DNA from: Bispira polyomma
Lineage: Eukaryota
Reading direction: 5' to 3'
Assembly: GCA_965649765.1 (NCBI GenBank)
Contig: OZ287757.1
Span: 23,436,001 to 23,500,000 of the forward strand
Length of the DNA stretch: 64,000 nt
Each line of letters starts with the position of its first letter. Position 1 is the stretch's first letter. The notes under the pieces are model-generated. The model had not been told where the DNA came from. It did not search any database and saw nothing but the letters and a program-made list of their open reading frames with translations. Below, piece after piece: positions 1 through 9,769 of the stretch. The position numbers and the translations under genes were made by a program.

Positions 1-756
1 GCCTCAAGAGAAAAAAATTGCACAGCGATGCCAGAGCAACAGATCCAGAGGTCGAGGCTGTGGCACAATCAGCGTCATCCGATGAGGACCTACAGAAGCA
101 GATACTGCAGCAGCTCAAAAAGGTCAACAAAAGACTGAACGTGGTTGAGGAAAAGGTTGCTGCTGGAACAGTGACAAAGGACAAAAGCAAGTTAAGTAGT
201 GTCAAGTGTTAGAGCAAAAAACGTACTGTAGATATGCCAGAAGACTTGTCTGAGTCATCCTAGGATAAGGAAATTGTACCAAAATAGTCGGCCTTAAGAA
301 GTGCTAATGATTTGCAAAAGCAGGTAGATGCGCATGTGCGTGAATTAGAAGGAGAATCCTGTAGTCAGAAAGGTAATGATAGTTGTAGTAAGGTTAAGTC
401 AAAAAGGGGTGGAAACATTGATGCAATAGTAAGACACAAGGTTTCCTAGCCACAAGAAACCATTCTGAGGGGCACTACTAGGCAAAGAATTTCATATGAT
501 CAGTTAAAAGAAAAAATGTTATTGTATATGTCCGACCTTATGGAGGACGCAACTGATTTCTCGTGGCACTCAGCCGAAGCGGCTCATGCCGCCCTTTCCT
601 GTGAGATGGAAAGGGGGGCCTTAAAGTGGAAAGATAGTTATAGAATAGACAGGATATGTAGGGCTCATGCATAAAACCATGTGGCAGCACCCAAAAACAC
701 ATGAGCAAAAATTTTTTATTCTAATTAAAACAGAAAACACTGGTATTGCAAATTGT
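1..756 (+). pseudogene. Ngaro-1 gag-like ORF remnant
   Basis: ORF 18-212 plus downstream frames resemble the gag of copy 2 (34449-34766: KSQRGG, VPWPQ, RVSYDQL). Confidence 0.75.
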
Positions 757-1010
757 AAGAGCCAGATGTGGTATCAACATTGACTTTAGCATGTGGGGTA
801 CTACATAACAAGCTGAGAACTGAGCCCACCGAGAAGCAATACCAAGACCACCACCACAAGATGACCCACCCATTCCAGTGCAAAATCTGGTCAGACACCA
901 GAATGCACCGGACGTCAGAAACCCAAGCAGGGTTGCCAAGGCACAGAGAGATTTACTGATGGGCTATTTCACGAACAAAGGTGCAGTGCCATGGAGAAGA
1001 AGATTGAATT
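757..1010 (+). pseudogene. Harbinger/PIF transposase C-terminal fragment
   Basis: EPDVVSTLTLACGVLHNKLR and AKAQRDLLMGYFTNKGAVPW match the typical Harbinger DDE transposase C-terminus. 5'-truncated, no TIR seen. Confidence 0.75.
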
Positions 1011-1227
1011 TGAACCGACAGGACAAAAACCAATCAACCCTTTTCAGGGCCACCCAAAACATTCAAGAACAATGTTTGAGCATTTTGTCATATAAAAACA
1101 TCCTATCATGATACGAAGTATACCCCCCAGCCCTCAAACATAACTAACTCACCTACAAACTCACCTATACTTGGCAAATATGAAGGGGGTATTAGGGGTA
1201 TCAACTAATACAGTAGAGGGCTGTAAT

Positions 1228-1720
1228 CTAAACATGTAGGTTAATGCCTGTTGGTGCAATAGTAGGGAAGGCCCAAATATAGTACATTTCCTGTCGTTTG
1301 CGATTATGTGTACGATTTGGGTCTTCTGTGTGGCCTAGCCATTGCAGTACACTAAACTCCATGTATCTGACAGTATGTTGGCTAGTACTGTAATGTCTGG
1401 ACACTGGGGTCAGTTTATTTTGACCAGGTTTAGTGACACTTGCTCTATGTTCAGACATTCTGTTTCTAAGGGGTCTTTTAGTCTCCCCTATGTACTGTAA
1501 TCCACATTTTTTTGCATGTGATAACATAAATGACATCCTTGAGTTCACAAGTAAGTCTGGGATTAGGTAGAATAGATATGCATTTGAACTGCTTATTAGT
1601 TTGGTGGCTAATGATATAATCCACTTTTTTTATGAGTGGACAATAAGTACATTTTCCAAGTCTTGTACAAACTTTGGGATGCATTCAGTATTTTTATGTG
1701 TTATTCTGGCCCCCTGATGT
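1228..1720 (-). pseudogene. Penelope-like element C-terminal GIY-YIG endonuclease with Cys-rich linker (one frameshift)
   Basis: CTRLGKCTYC linker, then VIYVITCKKCGLQYIGETKRPLRNRMSEH...PVSRHY...RKRQEMYYIW...PTGIN. Frameshift in the T-run at ~1507-1513. No RT present. Confidence 0.85.
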
Positions 1721-2475
1721 GTATCAACCCACACATTACTCACCTATAGTCCTAATTCTCAATAGGTCTTTTTGAGATATGATTCAGTTTATCATTATTC
1801 AAACTGTACAACCCATAATTCGTAAAAGTACATACAGTACATACACGAATTTTGAGTACATTTTTTTGATATATCTAGAATTATACCTTCTAGCTTGACC
1901 CACTTATCCACTAAAATAAGTGTAATCACATGTACCTAATAATGGATTTTTTTGCCTCCTTATCCAAGTATAAGAAGGTGTGATCTCATGGTAAAATCTA
2001 ACATAAAACCAGATTATAACAGCAACCTATGGGGCTACCATATAATGCCCATCATGGATTTTCTGACCTGGCCACCACCCTGTCACTTGCACCCACATAG
2101 CTTTACCCACTAGATAGAATATGGTATTATATCTGACTTAATTGATTTACCTGGACTGTGCTCACCAGCATCTGTTTACCATTTCAACACACCCAACCCA
2201 CATAAGTCATTATGAGGGCTATAGGTTTGAATGCAATATGAGTGTTGCCATGGAAACAGACCTATTTTGTACATAACCATTAATCATTATGACACTCAAA
2301 AGGTCAACCATTAAACAGAAAAAAAAAATTTCTAGTTTTTTCCAATTAAATAAACCCTGCACCGCCTGGCACCTACCGCCCGCCTAGCACCTTCTGCACC
2401 TCTGCACCTATATGGGCGGTGCCCAACGGTGCAGGTTTTTGTACCTAATGGGCAAAAATCCTAAATATCACATCA

Positions 2476-2544
2476 GCCTCTGAAGAGACCTTTGACCAAT
2501 ACCTCAGGTCGAAATATATACAACATAAGAGATATATATCAGGC
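2476..2544 (+). ncRNA. Type I hammerhead ribozyme
   Basis: GCCU-CUGAAGA-GACCU[14 nt loop]AGGUC-GAAA-UAUAUA[12 nt loop]UAUAUA-UC-AGGC. The core is complete and all three stems pair. Predicted cleavage after AUC at 2540. Confidence 0.85.
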
Positions 2545-2904
2545 AATTTGACTATTAACAAATTTCTCTCACACCAAGTATTAACTCTGTCACCTATACT
2601 TGGCCCCTACTTCACAGAATAAATATATTATTTTAGAAAAAAAACCCGAAAGATCTTCAAAATCAAATTAAATAAGCACAAAAACATTTTTAGCATACAA
2701 TAGATACCCCTTTTACTCGAACAACGTCCAGCTCCACTTCTATCTCCACAAAAACAGTTAGTTAAAACCTTTTAAGTGGAAGTACCTCTATTTCCATTTA
2801 AACAGATTTCTACTTATGAGGATTTTTCTCTAGTTTCAAATTTAATTGCTACTTGAATTTGTTTTTGTAAGTGTGGCTTTAAGCATCATTTCCACTGACT
2901 TGAA

Positions 2905-3175
2905 TTATGACTGTTCTATTTTAGAGGGTTTCACAAGTGGACAAGAATTATTTCTTATTTTTACTTTCTAGGATTTGAACAAATTTTTTACAATATGTTT
3001 TTATCTTTATGGGCAGGGGACAAGTATTTCTTATATTTTGGAGTGGGCTTTCAAAGTTGTCAAAGGTATTTTTCATTTCTGAATACAGGGACAAGTATTT
3101 ATTTGTTTTGGATGGGATTCCTTAAGTTTGAAAGGGGATTTTAATTTCTGTTTAGCGGGGACAAGTTTTTCTTCT
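2905..3175. repeat. Degenerate ~70-80 bp tandem repeat (4 units)
   Basis: GGACAAG(T/A)...TTT motif recurs at ~2939, 3018, 3089, 3159. Confidence 0.55.
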
Positions 3176-3499
3176 TGTGTGTGATGGGATGTTTTTTTCA
3201 TATTTTTGTCCAACATAAACTCAAACATTGTTCTTGGATGTTTTGGGTGGCCCTGAATGAAAAGATTGGTTTAGCGGTCAGAGACCAGTTGCTGAGGAGA
3301 GCAGGCTGCTACTGGTCTGGTGGTGGTGATTGGCTTGAGGATGTGACTTGCGTATGTAGAGTCTGTGGATGTAGTGGCTGTGGACATAGAGGTTGAGGTG
3401 GTGATGGCTGCGCGTGTAGTGGAAGTGGTGCCTGTTTCTGTGTCGCTGTCAGCATCCTATAGTCCTTGAGGTGTCATTCCTTTTGGAGTGGGTATATTT

Positions 3500-4850
3500 G
3501 TGTAGCTTATATCAGCACTGGTAAAGTCAATGCCTCTTCCAATAGACGAAGCTGCTGAGGTGTTCTATAAGTCCCGTGCCTTAACCAAACCGGGGTTGAT
3601 ATACTGTGTGATCCCACTAGTGCCTGGGACTAATGTTGTTTGTTGGGGCCCAATGTCGAACAATGGTACTCTCTTTTGTGGGACTGGTACTGCATGCCTC
3701 GAATAAACTGGTCTCAGCTGCTGCTGATGCTGGGGGAAGTAATACTGCTGCTGATGTGGCTGCTGTGGAAAGAACCTTGGTGGCGCCATCTGGTATGTTG
3801 CCTGCTCTTGCTCTGGGTAGTCCAGCAGCATCTGTGGCTGTGACCTGCAGGTCAGAAATGAGAAGGAATGTATTTTTTCTGAAGATGTTGAAACAATCGT
3901 TTGGCAGCTTCTCAGCCTCTAAGGTTAGCCAGTTGAGGTATGCCATCCTGAGTCCCTCTGGCTTGGTCTTGGTATCCTGGGCACTTTTCAGGAACTGTGA
4001 AATGTCATTCTTTAACTATCCTGAAGTTCAGTGTTCAGCAGGGCATCATGTGGTGGTGGAATTCCCAAAGGTCGACTGCTAAGACACATGGAGCGATGAC
4101 TCAACCCTGCAGTCAGACTCTGGTGGGGGTTAAAGGTGGTTTAGCCCCCTGTAAAGCCGACAGTATGGGTTTGAATCCTTCGGTCTTTGATTGCTAATTG
4201 ATGATGTGAGGCTGGAGAAGTTAAAGGTTCCCTTGACCCACATCTGCCTCTCGGTAAGCTCTGGCAGACCTGGCCAGACTTTGGGATTGACAGCTTCCCA
4301 ATTATAATCCGATGCATGTGGAACTACTTACTATTTACTCTCAAGGGGCCGCAGTGGCCTAGCAAGCATTGCGCTTCACAATCACTGGTCTCTCACCTCT
4401 GGGCGGCGTAAGTTCGAATCCTGTCGATGCCTATGTGGGAAAGAGCCGCTGGTTTTAGTGCAAAACCTTGATCAATTGTATGCAGTGTTTCCTCCAGCTT
4501 TTCCCACTACCCATCCCAAAATAACCTAAACATGTACTAGAGTGGACGTTATATATCCCAATTCAAATTTATTTACTCTTAAAAAGTCCACCACTGCCTC
4601 CACCTGGGCATCTGTCAGAAGCACAGTCTTCATCTTCCCCTTCTTGGGATTATGCCTGCTGAATGCTGAAGGCTGACTCTGTATCGGTTGATGTTTCCTG
4701 CAACAGCTGCTGTCGTGCCAGTTCTGACTGCAGCATGAAGATCTGTGTCAGTGGCAGATCTGATGTCTGCGTCTCTGTAATGATGTCCGGCTCTTCCCTG
4801 ACTACATCCCCAATGTTGAACTCCCTGCTCTCCTACTCCTCGTCATCTAT
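3500..4850 (-). pseudogene. Harbinger-associated MADF/Myb-SANT-like DNA-binding ORF remnant
   Basis: After removing the SINE: KKGKMKTVLLTDAQVEAVVDFLR...GKLSIPKSGQ...LTERQMWVKGTFNF; then AYLNWLTLEAEKLP...F and a Q/P-rich tail. Convergent with the transposase fragment. Confidence 0.65.
4345..4569 (+). mobile_element. tRNA-derived SINE family A, copy 1
   Basis: GGGGCCGCAGTGGCCTAG head, GTTCGAATCC B-box, AAATTC tail. TSD tatttactct(c/t)aa at 4332-4344 and 4570-4582. Confidence 0.9.
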
Positions 4851-4923
4851 CCCCCTAGAATTGATTAAGCAGGCTTATAGCGAGCTATCCTCCTAGAATT
4901 GATTAAGTAGGCTTATAGCGAGC
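4848..4923. repeat. 38-bp tandem duplication at the insert/Ngaro-pol junction
   Basis: tatcc(c/t)cctagaattgattaag(c/t)aggcttatagcgagc occurs twice. Confidence 0.85.
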
Positions 4924-6643
4924 CCCATTTTCAAAAATGGAACGAGCAAATGTTGAACAAATATGGTTTTATACCACTAGAAGAACCTACATGTCCCAAG
5001 CACGGACAAACGTTGCAAGTCAAACTGCTCACCCTTAAAATTACATAGCTGTATTAAAAACTCAGGTGAACCTAACTATGCAAATGCCCTAATCGAACTG
5101 GTATCAGAACTAAAGTCTGATGTGTGGGAAGCATACTTAACCAATTGCGCTACCTCATACGTTATGGCTTCCCTCTTGACTTTGATAAAAATAGTAAATT
5201 GTCGCACAAGGAACAAAATCATCAGTCTGCCCCACAATACCCGGATGATATACTTAGAAGAAGAAACAAAATTTGGAGCAATGTTAGGCCCATTTGACAG
5301 CCCACTTATTCAAAATTTACATATCTCACCTTTTATGTCTAAAGAAAAGCTTGGGGCTGCCCACAGATGGGTCATTATAGACTTAAGTTTCCCTCAGGAC
5401 GAATCAGTTAATGCAGCTGTAGTAAAACATAAATATCTGGGTACCCCGTTTGCCCTTACACTTTCCACTATTGATGAAATTACTTGATGAACTTGGTCGT
5501 AGTACCCACCTGTATAAAATGACGTCAGCCGTGCGTTCCGTCACGAAAAGATGGAACCGGCTGACAACCATTTTAGGGTTAAAAATGGATAATATTATGT
5601 TGATTCTTGTCTCCCATTCGGTTTCCGCCATGGAAGCTCGATTTTCCAATGCTCAAGCGACAGCGTCAGATACATAATGAAAAATCACGGCCATGATGTG
5701 ACAAATTATATAGATGATCGGGTACGGGTACGTCATCGGGTACAGTGACGTCACCCAAAGTCAAAATTCATTTGATATACTCTATAAGTTGCTCCAGGAT
5801 CTGGGTTTTGCCATTAGTAACAAAAAACTACATGAGTATATCCAAGTACGAAGGTTACATGCCTGGGGGTTATGGTAGACACAGTCGATCTGACAGTTTC
5901 GCTCCTTGACGAAAAACTTATAGAAATAAAAAGCTTGTTACAAGATTGGCAGGGACGTAACACCTGCACAAAACGTGAACTACAATCCCTTCTGGGTAAA
6001 TTAATTTACATTTCTAAATGTGTCAGAACCTCTAGAGTATTTCTAAATAGAATGTTGGATGTCCTCAGATTAGTGGGCACCAGCCACAAAGTCAAACTTA
6101 CATCTCAATTTTATCAAGACTTAAATTGGTTCACAAAATTTTTACCTAAATTTAAGGGTAAAGCTTTTTTCGATCACAAGCCAACCATTGATTGCTTCCA
6201 GCTAGATGCTTGCCTCCAGGGCTGAGGGGGGCTCTGTAACAACGAAGTGTATGAATTCCCCATTCACCTCAGGTTATCTGGATATGACCATTGTACATCT
6301 TGAAATGCTCAATATTTTAGTAGCTATAAGATTATGGAAAGACAGCTGAGCGGGTAAGCGACTTATAATTCAGTATGACAATGCAGCAGTCGTTACCATT
6401 CTCAATTCTGGTAAAACCAAGGACCTAACTTTGGCAGCGATAGCCGAAAATATCTTTATGGAAGTGGCTTCGGTGGACATAAGCATTAAGACCATACACA
6501 TTTTAGGTAGGCTTAATACTGTGGCGGACCTTCTATCCAGATGGTACCTCACCACAGATAACAACAAGTTAGTAGAATTAGTGCAGAATCATAAATGGGT
6601 TAAAATTCAGGATTCCATGGTACAAATAGACTGGTCTATCTGA
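4850..6643 (+). pseudogene. Ngaro-1 pol (RT + RNase H) remnant
   Basis: ORF pieces 5122-5487, 5872-6225 and 6431-6643 with DIRS-type RT/RH motifs. Confidence 0.88.
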
Positions 6644-6650
6644 TTTTCAG

Positions 6651-7640
6651 ACGCACCCTCCCAGTTAAGAAAGATTGCCATACAAGCTTCACATAGAACT
6701 TATCAAGCATTTAGACCAGCCACTGAGAGAGCTTACACAAACATGTTCAGGATATTTTTGGCCTTTTTCAGTTTTGCTCAGGTCAGCCCACGACATATTT
6801 CACCTATAATTCTCTTGGCTTTTCTTGAAGTTTTAGTGGTTAATAATGATTCTACACTGTCCATTGCAAATTACCTTTTAGCAATAAAAGCTAAAATGAC
6901 TCTAAATGGGCTCGACATTTCTGCCTTTACGGATAATTGAATCAAATACTACCAAAGAGCTCATGTACTGAACAGCCCCTTCAGGGCAAAAAATAAAGCA
7001 ATCATACATATACCACTCTTGTAGCAAATATTTCAAATCTGTGATTCCATGTTCATGGGATTAGTATTTAAAGCAGTCTATCTAATAGCCTTTTTCTCGT
7101 TTTTAAGAATCTCAAACCTGGTTCCTCATGCTGCCGCTCAACTTTCACCTCTGGTTCAGTTGGTCGGGGGAGACGTGTTGTTTGCCCCCCCTGGCCTGCA
7201 CATAATAATCAAATGGTCAAAGATCTTGCAGTTGAAGAATGTAGTAAAGGTGCTTAAAATCCCTAGTCTCAATGGTTCCCCTTTGTGTCCAGTGATGGCC
7301 GCTAAGGTTCTGTTGGCTATTACTCCAGGGCATAAGAACTCCCCCTTATTTTAATTCAAAAAAGACCAGAAATGGTTTCCCATGATTGATCCTCAAATTA
7401 GAAAGAATCTTACCTTAATACTGACCCAGTTGGGTCTGCAACAGTCTGCTATATCATTCCACACCTTTCGCAGGTCGGGTGCCACTTTGGCATTCAATAA
7501 TAATGTACCAATTCAAGATATCCAAAGTCATGGCACTCAGACCTCCGACTGTGTGTGGAAGTATATAGTTTAGGACCACAATGCCTCAGAACAAGTGGCC
7601 CTGTCCTTTAAGTCACTTCTTTCAAAATCCCCTACTTGCT
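6651..7640 (+). pseudogene. Ngaro-1 tyrosine recombinase remnant
   Basis: Catalytic R-H-R-Y motifs: FFSFLRISNL, FHTFRRSGAT, HGTQTSDCVWKY. Confidence 0.9.
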
Positions 7641-7647
7641 AATTGGG

Positions 7648-9646
7648 TTTTGGGGCTTATTTACATATTTTTACACACATAATATATTATTAAATGTTAA
7701 AGATAAACCTTTTGGGCCACCTTACCACCCTTTTTCATGTTAAACTTTTATATATACATTGTAAATCTATTTTGGCAACTTTAAATTAAATATAAGGTTA
7801 CCTGCTACTTAAAATCAACCCTAACTTATAAGTTAGGGCTACCTCAAACTAAACTCACTAATCTCACATTAGGGCTACCCTTAAACTCAAATTTTTGTGA
7901 CCTTAAACCAAGTTTACTCAGACTAAGGTCACCTTAAACTCAAATTTATCTCTGGTGCTAAGGTGGCCCTAAAAATCAGTATGTAAATAAACTTAGAAAT
8001 AACATAGAAAGCATTAAACTAATATCCCCACGTCTGCCTTGTTACTTACCTGTGTTGTCCGTTCATTAAAGTCACTGGGTAAGGTACTGTGTGGGGTATA
8101 CCCAGGTCAGCTAGGATCAGTGCTAGCAGTATTTTCCTTAACTCATTTGTCAGGGGTCAAGATCTATGACCCCTTTTCTAATTCGCCAGTTTGTACCAAT
8201 TAACCTCAGTCTTTTCCGCTTTTTCTTAGACCCCTCACTTTTAACATTGAAGTCAAGCAGGCGACACCACCATCTTAATTATATTTTATTTTTGTTTCCC
8301 TCCCACTTCCCCTACTACAACCTCTGCATTTGTCAGCTATTCGTCCGTCCGTTGGAGCGCTGTGGCTGTCCCCTGGGGTTCCACGAAAACCCCCTTTACA
8401 CTATGGCGCAGGGGGTGGGGGTTGTCGGCTGTGGGCCCACGAGTTATGCATTACTGTTGGGGGCCTTCTGGGGCCTCAGGTGACCTGTCTCCCCCACCTA
8501 GCTGGATCAAACCAGGGTTTCCATGGAACCACACATATTTCAGGTAGCTGAGCTCTGTTGAGACTGAGTCCCTATGGTTGTTATACACTGTGTTTCACTT
8601 ATATGTTTCACTTATATGTGGTTTGAAAATAACATGATTGTGTATTACATTTGTAGAAAATTGAACACACCTGTACTTTTAGGGGTTTATATTAGTAGTA
8701 TATACATATATCTCTGAAATTAATGTTATAGACAGAAGGCACGCAGTTTACTGGTAGCACCTAGGGGTCGTGTTTCTCTTAGGTACCTGTTCAATGTATG
8801 TCAATTCCAGTCATAAATTTGGTAAATAGTACACAGGAAGAAAAAACCCATTTTATTGTCAGTATATTGTAACATGAAATGCATGCTAAACAAACCATAA
8901 GCACATATTAAACACTAAGTGTGTAGTTTCAGACACATGGTGATCATGGACCAGTTGTGACATCCCGGAAGTCTCTGCTCTTGTCTGTGTGAGAACTGTT
9001 GCCTAAAACACAAGATCAACTCGATTTCAATTTTAACTCAATGTCTGTATGCATGTTTTCCTTTGATCATGGTTATTGTATGTACTAAGGGTTTAAGGTT
9101 AATTTCTGTGCTACTCTATTTACTTTAATTTAAGAACAGCTTTAATGTTTTAGCTAGTCACCATGATCTTAACTTCGATTTTACCCCTTTTTGGGGTCTT
9201 ATGTACATATACACTTTTTACACACTTAATATATTATTAAATGTTAAGGATAAACTTTTTGGGCCACCTTACCACCCTTTTTTATGTTAAACCTTTATAT
9301 ATATACATTGTAAATCCATTTTGGCAACTTTAAATTAAATATAAGGTTACCTTCTACTTAAAATCAACACTAACTTAGGGCTACCTCAAACTAAACTTTT
9401 AAATTCACTTTCAGGTAACCCTAATCTCACATTAAGGCTACCCTTAAACTCAAATTTTCGTGAACCTAAACTGGGTTTACTCAGACTAAGGTCACCTTAT
9501 ACTCAAATTCATTTCTGGTGCTAGGGTGGCCCTAAAAATCAATATGTAAATAAACATAGAAAGCATTAAACTAATATCCCCACGTCTGCCTTCTTACTTA
9601 CCTGTGTTGTCCATTCATTAAAGTCACTGGGTAAGGCACTGTGTGG
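7648..9646 (+). repeat. Ngaro-1 3' split direct repeats (B1 7648-8094, A2/spacer, B2 9188-9646)
   Basis: Two ~450-bp highly similar direct copies, both ending ...GGGTAAGG(T/C)ACTGTGTGG. Confidence 0.9.
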
Positions 9647-9769
9647 ACATTCTGAACAAATGGCCGTCTTGATATGACATAAACTGTTAAAACTGAGGTA
9701 AAACCCAACTAAATTCAAATTGACGCATTAACCAATTACAGAACCAATTATTGAACAGGTGGCATATTC

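Larger units (their letters stand above)
1..9646 (+). mobile_element. Ngaro/DIRS-group YR retrotransposon copy 1 (decayed; 5' end outside window; interrupted at ~757-4850)
   Basis: gag-like region at 1-756 (coiled-coil, KSKRGG, MEDATDFSW...CEMERG). RT/RNaseH at ~4850-6643 (YGFIPL, IIDLSFP, NYIDD, LQSLLGKL, DACLQG, ADLLSRW). YR at 6651-7640. 3' direct repeats at 7648-8094 and 9188-9646. No methyltransferase seen between RH and YR. Many stops and frameshifts. Confidence 0.9.

Noticed and set aside
3633-4082. 149-aa + strand ORF (also 59568-60035, 29749-30102, 34192-34551)
   Set aside because: These are antisense shadows of TE coding sequence with no recognisable motifs.
4345-4430. tRNA genes (also at 13698, 24310, 39300, 45545, 53160)
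   Set aside because: The A/B-box heads continue into SINE bodies, mostly with TSDs; no complete cloverleaf is evident.
6651-7640. Phage/bacterial integrase or horizontal transfer
   Set aside because: The YR follows RT/RNase H inside split direct repeats, so it belongs to a DIRS-group retrotransposon.
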